This document shows positions 14,697 to 27,940 of a stretch of 64,000 bases of DNA, in pieces. The translations under genes were made by a program, and so were the position numbers. Source of the DNA: Epiperipatus broadwayi (Eukaryota > Animalia > Onychophora); assembly GCA_028023455.1 (NCBI GenBank), contig JAQFVV010000008.1:434001-498000 (forward strand), in the 5' to 3' direction. A model generated the notes under the pieces. It saw only the letters and a program-made list of their open reading frames with translations. It was not told the DNA's origin and ran no database searches. The first letter of the stretch is position 1, and every line of letters begins with the position of its first letter.

Positions 14697-14844
14697 ATAC
14701 CGCAATTTTCGTACTTTTACTTCTCCTCAAATGATTCAGTTTTCCTGTGTTGCTATTGATATAAGTGGAGAATTTGTTTGCGCTGGAGGCCAAGATGTGT
14801 TTGATGTTTTTGTTTGGTCATTGCAGACTGGCCATTTACTAGAG
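14697..14844 (+). CDS. PWP2: PWP2 coding exon (not in ORF track)
   Basis: tttaag|A TAC CGC AAT...CTA GAG|gtatga. Phase matches the previous exon (AG+A = Arg). Encodes YRNFRTFTSPQMIQFSCVAIDISGEFVCAGGQDVFDVFVWSLQTGHLLE, containing the PWP2 signature RYRNFRTFTSP. Confidence 0.95.
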
Positions 14845-15454
14845 GTATGAACAATAAATACATGAATTGAAAATACTAATAGTTTCTTATATATTTAGAC
14901 TAGTAATATTGTACTAATTTACTTGCTATTCAGCCATTAAATTTTTTGAGCTATTGGAATTTATTTATATTTAAATTAATTTTATTGCTTGATATATTAT
15001 AATAAAGTTTGGTAGTTAAATATGCACTATTCATTTTTTAAATGCTTTTATTGAAATTGAAAAATTGGTTTGTTTGTTATTTGTTTGCTTATTTGTTAAT
15101 TTTTGATCTTTTTCAAGTTAGAATGAGATTTTAAAATTGAGGTTTAATATATTTAAATTCAATAAAATATTAATACTAGAGTAATCTATATATGACACTC
15201 ATTTTTTCAGTAGATCACCTAGTTTCTTAGATATGGAGCAGAGGGTGAAAAAATATTCAATAATTTCGTGTATCAACAGTTAAAAATTATTTTTAGAACT
15301 TTCATTTGTTTTAAGCAAGACTCACAAGAGGATGGTATAAAAAAAATTTCAAATAAAGAGAAAAATGTCAAATTTTAAACTGAAAAGTTACTTATTGATT
15401 TCTTATACATATATAATTTTATATACATACTAAATATGATATATATATAAACTC

Positions 15455-18400
15455 AGCATCAATAATATTTTGTCCCATAGACAGATCCAGAAAGTAGTCA
15501 CATCATCAATTCATCCATTATTTTTATTTCAGTTTCTTCATTGTCCAGTTCTTCAATTCCACGTAATTCTTTCCATCCCTTATATCATCCAACAAGGTCA
15601 ATCTTTTCCATCCTTCTTACTTCCACTCACCATTCTCTCCAAAACATCTTTTATTAAACTATAATTTCTTCTTAATATATGTCCAATCCAGTATGTCTTG
15701 CTGATTTCCTCAATCAATGTTCTTTTTTTATTTACTTTTTTAAAAAATTCTTCATTTGTTGTTTTATTTATCCAACTGATTTTTTTTTTCATTCTTCTCC
15801 ATGTCCATATCTCAAAGGCTTCCAATCTGTTTCTTATTTTATTATTCATTGACCACTTTTCATAACCAAACAATAATATACTCCATACATAGCATTTAAT
15901 TAATCTTTTTCTTAATAAAGGCCTCCTTTGCCAATGCTATTCTTCTTTTAACTTAATCTTCAAGGTCTTCCATCCTCGTTCAACAACTACTCAAACATCT
16001 AAATCTCTTTACATGTTGAACTATGTTATCATGGATTTCAATTTGCAGTCTTTTTGCATTCCTCCATATCCATAAACACTTAGTTTTCTCCACATTAATC
16101 TTCAGTCCATATTTCATACATTCTTCCTCTGATTTATTCAACATATTCTGAAGACACTTTTCCTTTTCAGCTATAAGAGCCATATCATCTGCAAATCTTA
16201 TACATTTTATTATTCTACCTCCAACACTTGATTCTCCACAGTCTAAATAATTATTTAGCATGTCTTATAAATAAGTATTAAAAAGGATAGGTGACTTACT
16301 GCATCCTTGCCTAACCCCCTTTTATATTCACTTCATCAATCTCATTACTCCCCATTCTTATCTTTGTCCAGTATACATATTCCAAATCAATCTTGTCTTT
16401 TTCCAAAATACTTCTTTATTTTTTAAGATGGTTATATAAGTTTTTTCCAGATTACTCTAGCAACTGCTTTTTCCAAATCCTCAAAACATATACCAATTCC
16501 TTTATCTTTTTCAAAATATCTCTCTGCAATTGCTCTAACAACACTAATAGCATCTCTTATACTTTTCCCTCTCTGAAAACCAAACTGTACTTCTACAATA
16601 TAATATTCTACCTTCCCATAAATTCTTTGAGTTAAACTCCTTAATAAAACTTTAGAAGCATGAGATAACAAACTTATTATCCTGCATTCTTCATATTTAA
16701 CATCTTTCTTCATTTAGCAATTGGGATCATTATAGTTCTTTAAAAAAATCTTCAGGCCAAACTTCACTATTATATATCAAACTGCAAAGTCCAATTATTT
16801 CCTTCATAGTATATTCTCCCATTTCTTTCAAAAATTCTAGAGGTATTGCATCAAATCGAATAGACTTACTATTTTTCATTTGTGCAATTGACTTTATTAC
16901 TTCTTCTGACAATATGTCCATATCTTTATCATCCACTTCAATATCTTCTTCCTTTTCAAGTTCATAGTTAATTAAATTACTTTCTCTTCTATATAGACAC
17001 TGAAAATATTCTTTCCATATTTTTAATATATCATTGCTATCAATTAATCTCTTTCCATTTTTATCTGCAATCTTACTTGCTACCCATGTCTTTTTTTCCC
17101 AAGTGACATTTCTTATTCTATCAAATACCAAATCATATTTTTTCACCTGTTTAACATTTTTATCTCTCTACATTCTTGTTCCAATCGTTTTTCTTCTACT
17201 AAATCTGTTTCTCTTCTTAGCTCATTATTATATTTTCTATATGCCCTTTTCCCTTTCTCGATATTTACATTCTTCCATAGTCTCCATACTGCCATTTTTT
17301 CCAACATACCATCAATTATCCAAGATTGTTTAGCTTTCCTTTTTTGTTGTTTTTAAGAATCCTTCTTTAATCGTACACCAACACTTATCAGACCTATTAA
17401 CATATTCCTCATCTTCAACAATCCTTTTTATTGCAATTTCAAATATTAAACCAAATTATCCTTTTACCATTCCTCTCAATTTATCTAAGTCCCATTTTAC
17501 ATATCTTTTATCTCTTAATTTTTTTAAAACCCAACTTTCATTTAGCCATAACCAAATTATGATCTGAGATTATATCAGCACCAGGCAACGCTTGCGAACC
17601 CTTAATAGTATTCTTGTATTTATCCTGAATCAGTATATAATCAATTTGATGTTTTCTATTATCACTTGGATCCTTCCGTGTATATAATTTTCTTTTATGA
17701 TTTTTAAAACAAGTGTTTGCAGTCACAAATCCGTTCTTTTTACAAAATTATATAAACCTGCTACCTCTTATTTCTTTTTCCAGTACCATAATTTTCAACA
17801 GTTTTTTTTCCTTATCTTGCCTCAAAATAGCATTTCAATCACCCGATAGCAATATACATGGCATTTTCCCTCAATTTCAATATCATCATAACTAATAGTC
17901 AGCATGTAAACTTGTAGATTACCAAATTCCTAGACCTTAGCATTTATTCTCATCATCATCAGTCTATTGTTAATACGATCAACCTTTGCCACTCTATTTC
18001 AAATTCTCTTTCCAACAACAATGCCAACTCCATTAATTGATCTAGCACCACTCAAATAAAATAATTTACTACTTCCCCACATCCCTCCCACCTCACTTTG
18101 CTTAATCCTATAACATCGAAATTATTTATACACAACTCTCTGCTCAATGATCTAACATTTCACATTCCAATTCTCTATGTGCTTTCTCTCAATGAATAAA
18201 GTTTATGAGGATTTTGCAGATTAAAGTCCTGAGTAGCCTCATGTCTACTCTTGCTGAGCAAGACATTGAAGCCATCCTTAACTAAGATCTCAACACTAAA
18301 TGTAATGATTCTTATAGAACTACACGTAATAAAAACAAAGGAATTATAAGGCAATGTGGTTTCCCATTACCTTCTTTGCCCGATTAATAATCTCCATAAC

Positions 18401-18790
18401 AAGCTTAATGTGCTAGCTGAATCTCACAAAGTGAACATCCATCTACTGTTTCCTCCTCACTGTTGTCATCTATTAAGGATCTTCTGCTGACTTGGAAGAA
18501 TTCCGTTACTAATCCGGCACCCAGCGGGGTGTTGACTTATTTAATGGTAACCAGCACTTGCCATTATATATCCACAATCACAGGATTTGTGGCATTTTAT
18601 AGAAGTAAACATGCCACTGTCTCCTTCACCACTTCCTGATAGTGAATGTTGCCCCATTGTCAGCAACTATTTATTTACATGACTTTGCTTAATCGCAGCT
18701 AATTTTTATATCTGAAGGGCATTCCCCTTTCCGCAAGCTGATGACATTCTGTGTGGCGTGGGACCCATGCCCTGCTATCCAATCCAGATA
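15455..18790 (-). mobile_element. Degenerate, near full-length RTE-clade LINE
   Basis: Minus-strand EN (QIDYILI...GADIISDHNLV) and RT (RIISLLSHASK; QFGFQRGKSIRDA; GGRIIKCIRFADDMAL; RLEAFEIWTWRRM; WIGHILRR). RTE 5'UTR-type motif GAAGGTAATGGGAAACCAC at about 18358-18376. RTE-type 3' end CTGTCTATGGGACAAAATATTATTGATG. Confidence 0.92.
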
Positions 18791-19170
18791 GATAGATATG
18801 CTATGTGTGTGAAATTGATTTAATGTAAAATTATATGTATTAAATGAAGTTTTTAAAAAATAAAAGATTTCCAATCAAAGATAAAAATGTTAAACACTTT
18901 TTACTCAAAAGAATATTTCATATTTTTAATCACTTATATACACATATGAACCTATGTACACTTTATAGGATATATAAATAAAGGGTATACATTTTAAATT
19001 ATAACAGAGATATCTAGCGATATATATATATAACAACTTTAAGTGTCCAGTCAATTTAAAGTATGATATATTTTTACATTATTGGGTCAATACTAAAAAC
19101 TCAAAAAAATAATATAAAATTTTTTTAGATTAAATGCTTTTATTGATTATGTATTTAAAAAAAAATGTGA

Positions 19171-19304
19171 TTTTTAGATTTAACTTAAAATAAAAGCATG
19201 GGGGATTCAGAAATTAATTAAATCAATCCCTATTTTTTGTAACAAGATTTGACTTAATTAATTTCTGGATCCCCCATACTTTTATTTCAAGTTAAATCTA
19301 AAAA
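19171..19304. repeat. Small foldback/MITE-like inverted repeat
   Basis: TTTTTAGATTTAACTTAAAATAAAAGCATGGGGGATTCAGAAATTAATTAAATCAATC pairs with its reverse complement at about 19246-19304. Arms are about 58 bp with few mismatches and a short spacer. Confidence 0.8.
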
Positions 19305-19924
19305 CCCCAATTGTGATTGAGGAAACAATTTTTTCTTTTCAGTTCATGGCCAATAAAAGCATTTAATTAAAAAAAAAAAAAATTTTTTTTATTATTCTAC
19401 ATTATTTTAAAGTGTTTTAATTGTCTGTACACTTATTTCTTTTTTTTTTTTCTTTTGACAGTTTCAGTAGTATTTGCATACATTTATAAATAAGCATTTT
19501 AATTTTTTATTTTTTTTATTAATCAGGGATTGTTTTATATATTTATATATACAGTACAGTTAATTATTTAAAATTAATTATTGAATTATTTATTATTTTA
19601 GCAAATTTTCAAAATAAGTGCAAAAATATAATTAAAAAAGAGGGTTTTTTTTTTATATATATTTTGATTTATATATCAAAATATATAATTTATTAGTATG
19701 ATCAAGTGTAAATTTTTGTTGTCTAAATAAAATTAATAGTTAATATTTATCAACTTTTACACTTTTAAAAATTGTTGGAATCTCTCTTTATAAAGACAAT
19801 AGCTGTACCAAAAATATGTAATTAATCTTTGATCATAATCTAACAATGTCTAAACATAGGAACAAATCAAGAGCAAACAGAGTTTAATAAAAAACTTTAA
19901 AAAAATTGATAAATTAGATTACCT

Positions 19925-20830
19925 TTTAACGGATGGATGTGTTTGTTTATTTCAACACAATAGATCATATCTGGCTTAATGTTTGCCAGTGCTAGTCTCT
20001 GAGTAACGTCAATGTTTTTAAGAAATATTTTGTTTTAATTGCTGTCAACGCTAAAACTAATGATTCACACTATTCTCCAAAGCGAAAGGCATTTAAATTT
20101 TTTTTTTAATCTCATAAATGCTCTGAAAAAGCTTCTTAATGTTTTCAAAGAGAGATGTTCCATTCGCTCCAATCTAATTGATTATTTTTTAATTCCTTTA
20201 AGAAATATTCAGATAAATGGATTTTCTAAAATACCAAATGAACAATTATCTGCTTAATTAAATCAAAACTCAAATCATCTGTGTAGAAAACATTTCACAC
20301 AAGTCAGTTTTCCATATACATAATTGTTTCATATTAAATTCATTGAGTTTTTCAAATATATCTGACAAATAATGCAATTTGCATAGCCGTTTTTCATTAG
20401 TAAAACATCAAATTCTAAGTTATTTTTATCGGAAATATTTTATTTTAACTAATAATTATTTCAAGGCTTATTCCTTTGACTAACATTGTACTTCTGTGTG
20501 CGGTAAAATTTAACTGAATATATAAACATCTGATTGGTCAATCAACTTTTTTTTTATCTTTTACTATTCTTTTCAACATGTTTTTTTATGCCTCCAAATA
20601 AGTATTTGCCTATTCCATTTTCTCTTTTATCATAATTTCCTCAAAAAAAAATTTTTTTTTTTTTTGCTTATTATTTTTAACATTTCTGTATTCTTTAATT
20701 TATCTTTCCAATTTTTTTCATTGTCTGTGCTCCATCTAAAGTTATAATCCAAATAAATATTTTCATTTTTCAGATATAACTTCAGTGAACCACAGAATAA
20801 TTTTTTATCACTATTGCAAATCTTATTAAA
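19925..20830 (-). mobile_element. hAT (Buster/Charlie family) transposase remnant
   Basis: Minus-strand pieces in transposase order: LDGAQTM (about DGAPAM); LPHTEVQC*SK (about LHTEVRWLSRG); NEKRLCKLHYLSDIFEKLNE; CES...ALTAIKTKY...RLALANIKPD...HP (dimerisation domain). Frameshifted. Confidence 0.75.
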
Positions 20831-20842
20831 ATAAATAATCTA

Positions 20843-20908
20843 ATGGCTTTATTGCTCAGGAGTTTATAAGAAGTTTGAGCACCAAAAGTGCCAGCATTAG
20901 AATCAATC
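20843..20908 (-). mobile_element. Partial copy of the SINE family seen at 55621-55957
   Basis: Revcomp ...GATTGATTCT...CTCAAACTTCTTATAAACTCCTGAGCAATAAAGCCAT matches GATCGATTCTGGCACTCAAACTTCTTATGAACTACCAAGCAATAAAGCCAT at 55915-55965. Confidence 0.7.
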
Positions 20909-20949
20909 TGAGGGCCTTACATATTTCAGAATCTAAAACTACACAAACT

Positions 20950-22050
20950 GCCATTCTCATTTATTTATCGCTGTTTCTGTTTTCAATTTTCTATTTCCCA
21001 AATATTTAAAAGCACTCTATGAACTTTGTTATTGAGTACTCTTATGAATCTTTTTTTCTCTCTACTTTTATTTTCAGTGCTTTAATTTTATTCACATTTA
21101 TTTTCATCTTAAATTTTCTACAAAGTTTATCAATCTTACATAACATTCATAGTTACTGCTGAATGAACAGCACATGTGATATAATTAATTCTTCTATTCC
21201 CAATTCTAATAACATTTTTATCAAGACAGTACTTTAAATATTTATTAAGTAAAGCAGATTAAAAACAGCTCTGCTTTGTGACTGTTCCTATATTTATCTC
21301 TTCTGTAAGACCATTTCATCTTAGAAATATATTCTGATTCAAAATGTTCATTTCTCTTCCATGGTTTTTGCATTGCTTATATTAAATAAATCTCACTTTA
21401 TGATAATCGCAATATTTTCTATTCAGAAGACTACCAGATAGTTGAAAGTATCAGACAATTGAATTGAATAAAATGTGATTATGAAGAGGGCAAAGTGAAG
21501 TAAATTTTTTAGAGATTATTTTCTAATAAATATTCTTTTTTTTCCCCCAGTTTAAATCTTTTTTTTTTATTACATTCAAGAAAGTTAACTCAGTTCATTC
21601 TATTGAATATCTTTTTAAAATCAATAAAATAAATATTAACATTTTTCTTTATATAATTTTACTACTATTTTTTAAATCATTTTTATTATTCCTTTCAATA
21701 ATTCAACTGCAATTTCATTAATTTTTTGTGCCTTACAGACTTCATCTGTTAATACTCTTAAAATTTTGTCTTTAATTATTGCACAATCCTTATTTATATA
21801 ACTTTGTTTTCAAATAATAATAGATGAAGCGATAATTTTTTTTTTAATATAAATCACTCATATGTTCTTCCCATTTTTTTCAATCCATCGATTTTTTTTT
21901 TTAATAATTTACAATTTCTATTTTCAGTCATCACTTTCCTACTATTCAACTTAATTATATCTTTGATGTTATGACTTTATTTTCTTCTTTTAATGAAAAT
22001 AAAGTCATATATTAAAGATATAATAAATAAAAATTAAAAGTAGTAATGGG
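20950..22050 (-). mobile_element. Highly decayed RTE LINE fragment (RT region), interrupted at about 21400-21530
   Basis: Minus-strand RIGNRRINYITCAV (about KIGGRRINCIRFADD), CRKFKMKINVNKIKAL and NEIAVELLK. Heavily frameshifted. Confidence 0.6.
21424..21456 (+). ncRNA. Strongly degenerate hammerhead ribozyme motif inserted in an RTE fragment
   Basis: CAGAAGA (versus CTGAAGA), stem GACTA/TAGTT, GAAA, GTATC-AGAC, then AATAAA. Same layout as the 62163 copy. Confidence 0.35.
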
Positions 22051-22853
22051 ACAGAAGTTTTAGATTTCTTTACTTAAATTTGTAAGCATCCTTTAGTATT
22101 AATTTAAATGACAAAAAGTATATCTCTTTATCATTTAGATTTTAAAAAATTAAATTCTTTTTAGAAAGTAAATTTTTTAAAAATTTGTAGTTTTGTTTAT
22201 ATTATTCATTTTATTATTTTTTTTTCTTACTCTGATATAAGTTAATATTGGCTTCAGATTTCAGTAAAGCCAACAACACATAAGAACTATATTTTGGAAC
22301 AAAACTAATACACATTAACATGAAGAAATAAATTGTTAATATTTTGCAGTAATAATCATAAGTTGTTGTTTTTTTAGATGAGTTTTGATTAAATTAGGTC
22401 AAATATTGGATTTGCAATTTAATATCATAAATGCTATTTATTGGTTTTGGTTGGCATGAAATGAATTTTATTTATTTTTTAATATGTATTTTATAGAAAG
22501 AAAATTATGAGAAATCATGAAAAATATTGAAGTTTGGTCTCTCTTTTTTCTTTTATTTATTTTAGATTTAAGTATAACTGGTTGGCTTAATAATATAATC
22601 TATTAAGAGCCTTTTTGATATATATATATTGATCATTGTTCATATTATTTTTTGCTATTATTATTATAACCCAAATTACAATAAACACTGGCCTTTTTAA
22701 ATTCTGTCTTTTTAGTAACTCCATGTTTTAAGAAATATTAAAAGAATATAGATAGAAGTATTATTACCCAGAATTACTCATATTATTAAACTTTTTATCT
22801 GTTATCAATATTTGTACAATAAATTTATATATATGTGTGTATATTTTATTCAG

Positions 22854-23004
22854 ATATTAAGTGGTCATGAAGCACCTATCTGTGGGGTTTTGTTTTCCCC
22901 AACACATTCTATTCTTTCAACTGTATCTTGGGATAAAACAATGAAGATTTGGGATGTTTTTGAAAGTAAAGGCAATAAAGAAACTATTCATCTTATATCT
23001 GATG
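22854..23004 (+). CDS. PWP2: PWP2 coding exon
   Basis: attcag|ATA TTA AGT GGT CAT GAA...GAT G|gtaatt. Encodes ILSGHEAPICGVLFSPTHSILSTVSWDKTMKIWDVFESKGNKETIHLISD, a WD repeat with GH...WD. Confidence 0.95.
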
Positions 23005-23079
23005 GTAATTAACTTTATTAGTATAAATGTGAATTAATACATAAATAAAAAAAATTTTCTAAGATTAGTTTGAATTTAG

Positions 23080-23260
23080 GTCTAGCTATCGCATTTCGAC
23101 CTGATGGTGAAGAAATTGCTGTAGCAACATTAAATGCGCAAATAAGTTTTTTTAATCCATCTTCAACTGAGCAGACTGGCAGTATTGAAGGACGTAAAGA
23201 TCTTGGTAGTGGGCGTAAAGATCTTGATGTAATTACTGCCAAAAAATCTGCCTTTGGAAA
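23080..23260 (+). CDS. PWP2: PWP2 coding exon (follows a 75-bp intron)
   Basis: aatttag|GT CTA GCT...GGA AA|gtaagt. Encodes LAIAFRPDGEEIAVATLNAQISFFNPSSTEQTGSIEGRKDLGSGRKDLDVITAKKSAFG; phases are consistent on both sides. Confidence 0.95.
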
Positions 23261-23689
23261 GTAAGTAATTGAATATTTATTTTAATAAATATATTATTTA
23301 TTAAAGTTATGTATTTGTATGGATAGGATTTTATTTTACAATATATTAATTATAATCTAAAAGAAATTAGAAATAAGAATCAATGTTTTTAAAATTAAAT
23401 TAAAAAAAAAAAAAAAATTTGTTTTCTTCAGAATTGTATGTTTCCTGAATTATTGATTAAAAAATTATTAATTAAACAACATTCATCTGTATTTTTAAAT
23501 AAAAAATAGTAATAAATGTATATTATAAAATGTTGATTGTAATTTTTTTTAAAAAACCAATATTCCCAACTTGTGATTAGATATGGAATTAAATATAATG
23601 AAGCAATGTTATATTCTGGTCTTTTGTAAAAATGATATTGTTTAAGAATATAATTTTGTAGTAGTAATTTGAACAAATTTTCACAGGTT

Positions 23690-24070
23690 TGATTACATCG
23701 TACCGGATTTAATACGTCATTCATGTTTTGATGTCCTATAAGATTCCATACTTGTGATATGGCAAGAATTATGCTCAGATGTGATCACAGCATTATCATA
23801 TCAAAAAATGGCCGCAACATCATTTATAAAAATTAGCGATGCCACAAATGAATAGCCACCATAATTGATGACATCTTATACAGGGACATTAGTTCTGGAT
23901 TCTTGTTTTTATCAGAAACAGATTTGATCATCTTTAATGCCTAATCCAAATGCATGTTGTATATAGGAGATATGTAATTCGAAATGAGAATGATTATTAT
24001 CTTTGTTCACCTTTATCTACTTCTCTTTGCAATAGCTAATAATGCTCCTGTATTCCCAACAATTGCATCC
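23690..24070 (-). mobile_element. Possible hAT (Ac/ZBED1-like) transposase remnant
   Basis: Minus-strand LDAIVGNTGALLAIAKR (about AIVTDNAANM), HISYIQHAFGLGIKD (about H..C.AH.L.L.VKD) and a frameshifted TRWNS-like ACAAGTATGGAATCT. Confidence 0.35.
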
Positions 24071-24764
24071 AATTAAACTTAAATTCTAATCATTCTGAAA
24101 AATATTTTACAGAATATTTTTTTTTATTTTAGTTGTTCTAGTTAATTCTATATAAGTTTATTTTTATCCATATTTATTCTTTATCATATGTTTGTCAATT
24201 TTGATCATTTGCATATTTTAACTATTGCTATATGTCTATTATAAGCAAATTCATTTATCATTTATTTTGGATAATTTTTTGATCTAACAATATTAAGTAT
24301 TTTTTAATTACTGTAATTATTTGTACTTTTTTTTTTCATTGTATTTTATGTAGTTGTTTTTTTTTGCACAAAAGATATTAGATAGGATATTAAGTGGAAT
24401 CATACTTCTAAAAATTGTTTCGATTGTATGATTTTTTTTCTTTAGTTGCTTCATTTGTGATAATACCTTATTAGTCTTCTTTCCAGTAGTTTTTTTTATA
24501 TTTATGCCAAGATAGTCATTAAATTTGTTACTTATGTTTTAATATTTAAACATAAGTATAGTGTATATATTTAAACTAAATGTAATTGATAGGGATTTGA
24601 AGACAGACTTTTAAGCTTCCTTCAGTCATCCACTCTATCTTATATAACCAATACACACACCACATACATGTGAAAAAGATAAATGATCTCCAATATGCGT
24701 ATTTCATGCTGAACCAGCACTCATTAGTTGGTCCGGATCATCTTCCACACACATATATATATAT

Positions 24765-26419
24765 TGAACCGATAACTAGCGTTACATTTCCAGGACATAG
24801 CTTCTTCTCGGCTGTTGAGTTCAACACCAAGTTCAAAGCACTTTTTTTTGTTTGTGTATAAACACGGGCGCCAGCTGCTTATTCTAAAAGAATACTAAAA
24901 GAATAGACAACGCACTTTGAACAGTGGCCACTAACTCAACGTCTAAATCCACGACTAGCTCAGCTATTTGTAATCACTAATAGATTATACTTAATTAGTG
25001 ATTAAAAGAATTGATAAAAGAATTTGTTAAAAAGAATTTGATAAAAGGAATTGATAAAAAGAATTTGGTAAAAGAATTGACCGACAAATAAAGTTTAATT
25101 TTAAAGATAATTTATTAACTAACATTTATTTACTAAATTTAAACATTTTATACTTCTAATAAAACACACGCATATTTTAAATTAACATTCTAAATAGTTT
25201 AAATATTCTTGAATATTTTCTTAACAGAAAACTGGGAATTTATCTACTTTGACTAATAATATTGATATAAGGATCACGCACATATTAACTCATGCACACA
25301 CATAATAATAATAAAGTATTACATAGCATTTGAAATTTAATCACACATATCAATAGTTCACTTATGTATGATATAAAGTTCATATAATTAGACTCTTGAA
25401 AGATTCGTACGAATTAATGCAATGCAATGGCTATTACAGTATAAACGAAATAAGCAAACGTTTTACCTAGGCTTTTGAATGTAGACGTAGAATTTTGTTT
25501 TCTTTGGTGGCTGCTTTCGGTGAGGATGTTTCCATTATGAATGCTTACCAGCCGGCTGGGACGTTTCCTTGCTGAGTTTCCTGATTTTCACGATTATTAC
25601 TATCGGAGACAAATAGATACTGACGGAGATTTTCTAAGATGTTAAGCTGACATTATTTCACGGGCAGATCTGCTGTTTTCTAGGACATCTGGGCTGGAGA
25701 TAAACGTGCGTTCCCAAGATCTTCTCAACACTGCATTTCGTTTGTTAACTGCTCAATTAATTTCTGAACTGCACTACTCAATTACCTTGTGAACTGATCA
25801 CTGTCCGATAAAAAAAAGGTCTATTTATACCTGCGCCTTGTTGTCTTTCTAATATCTCCGGCAAAGATCTGTTGTCAAATTCCAGTGATAATCATTTGAT
25901 AAACGTGTTTTGGAAGATTGCTTAATTAATAATAGCCATGCAATAAAACGTGTTGTTTTATTTTATTAATAGCCATTGCCGTGTTTTTAATGATAATCTT
26001 TTATTTTGCATACATTTTATTTATTTACAAATCGCACATATATACGCACATATATTTTTAATACAATTTACTATTTAGTTTTAACATTTTTTTTTTTTTA
26101 ATTAAACTTGAATGAAAAGAGATTTGTATGTTTTAACTTTTTAAATTATATTTTTACGAATACTAATAAAAACTCTTTACTTCCTTTTATAACCCTTAGT
26201 TTAATTTCTCTAACGAAACACCCCTCTCCCCTTCTGATTAATTAATTGTAGCTTTTTTATTTCAAAACTAACGCTAGAAAACTATTTGATTCTTATCCTT
26301 TTCTAAAACAAACTGCAATAAACTCTTCAACGTTTAATTTTATGTTTTTTTTTATGAACGATTATTTTAATAATATAATTTTAGATAAAATTATATGTGC
26401 CTATATCAATATAGGTACA
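24765..26419 (-). mobile_element. Probable solo LTR (gypsy-type, 1655 bp)
   Basis: TG...CA termini with imperfect terminal IR (TGAACCGATA versus TGTACCTATA, 8/10). 4-bp ATAT TSD at 24761-24764 and 26420-26423, inside an (AT)n tract. Minus-strand TATAAATA (25822-25829) followed by a TCAGT initiator (25793-25797). CpG-retaining. Confidence 0.6.
25004..25081. repeat. Minisatellite, six copies of ~13-bp AAAAGAATT(T)GAT
   Basis: Direct reading. Immediately preceded by a perfect 11-bp hairpin TAATCACTAAT/ATTAGTGATTA (24971-25004). Confidence 0.85.
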
Positions 26420-27940
26420 ATATATATATATATATAATCAGTGTTCGATTTATATTAAGATAGAAAATCTATAAACTTTAATGGACAGGCTTCACTCTTC
26501 TCCACTCTCCAACTTTTCAGCTATTTATATAAGATAGAGTGGATGAGTGAAAGGAGCTTGAAAGTCTGTGTTCAAACCCCTATTAGTTAATTATATTTTG
26601 TTGTGAATGTCTAGAGTTCCATTAGGATTAGGCTTTATATGTCATGTATAAATTTTCTTATTCCTTAAAAAAGTTATACTGAAAAATAATTAAGCAAAGT
26701 TTTATATTTGAAGGAATCAAAGGTAAAGGTATAAACTCTTATTTTATTTTTTATTGATTTTGGACTGATTTACCATTTTTTGACCTGCTCATATATATAT
26801 ACTAGAGCATAAATAAAGAAATCAAAACCATTTTTTTAACCAGACTTACAAATATTTCTGTTTTTTGAGCACCATGTAAATCAGGATATCTATCTAATAT
26901 GTGCCCTGCTACATCCTTCTATCTATTACATTTAAACCATGATGACTAACATGTATGAAATATATATCCTAAGATCAACCCTAATTGTTATAGTGCTTGA
27001 ATAATAAGATAACAAAAGAAAATTGAGTAAGAAATAAATGACTAAATAACTGATAGGTATGCAGCACAAAAATCTGCACATTACATTGCATTTCTATTAT
27101 GTTTTACCATTAAAAAATATGATGAGCTCTACCCCTTTCATCAACTATCACTTCCATTATGAACTGGAGATGTTTTGTTTAAGTTTGCCTTTTTCATTTT
27201 ATATTTTCCTTTATCTTTTTATATTATTATTTATTACTTATTAAGATCTTATTTAATTGTTCTCAAATGGTGTGGATGTATTTCATCATGCTCTATTTCT
27301 GCCATTTCTATATTATTGCCTCCTTTTCCAAGTCTTATTTCTCAATCATGACTAATAGATCATATGTCAAATCTGTCTATAGTACTTTATCAATGAAAGT
27401 ATTGATATTTTTAAGACAAGTTTCTCTATAGCACTTGTGATTAGCTAGTAAATTATTTTTAATATATTCTCTTACTAAGTCAACAAATAAAAGTAATGAA
27501 AACGGACATTTGACTCTTAATTAAACAGGAATTAAGTCTGATATCAATATGACATTGATAGGGTCAGTTCATTATCTGATACCCAATCACATATTGGATA
27601 TAATTTTCTAGTGCAGAATAAATTTTATCTCTTAATCCAATGACTTTACAAGTTAAAAGCACTTGAAAGATAACTCTGCAATTATTTATTTTGTATTTTA
27701 ATAAGGAGTTTTTAGGAAAATAAAGTCTATCCCTTTTTTAACCAATAATTCTAATATTGCTAACAACAACCCAGACAAAAGATTTAAAATACTAATTATC
27801 TTTTGAATCATTATGTGTGTCAAGTATCTATTTATTATCTCTAGAATACAGAACTATCATAGCTTTCCTTTTCATCAGCTGTAAAACTTCTATCTGTATA
27901 TATTAGGCATACACTATAAGAACTAATAATATATGTTACT

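Larger units (their letters stand above)
24583..26590. mobile_element. MITE with ~65-bp TIRs, carrying a nested solo LTR
   Basis: 24583-24647 (TAATTGATAGGGATTTGAAGACAGACTTTTAAGCTTCCTTCAGTCATCCACTCTATCTTATATAA) is the reverse complement of 26525-26590 at roughly 85% identity by eye. No clear TSD. Confidence 0.7.

Noticed and set aside
18500-18790. HDV-like or hammerhead ribozyme at the RTE 5' end (GGGCAT/ATGCCC pairing; CTGATGA at about 18738)
   Set aside because: I could not build P3/L3/P1.1 with correct spacing, and no GAAA follows CTGATGA.
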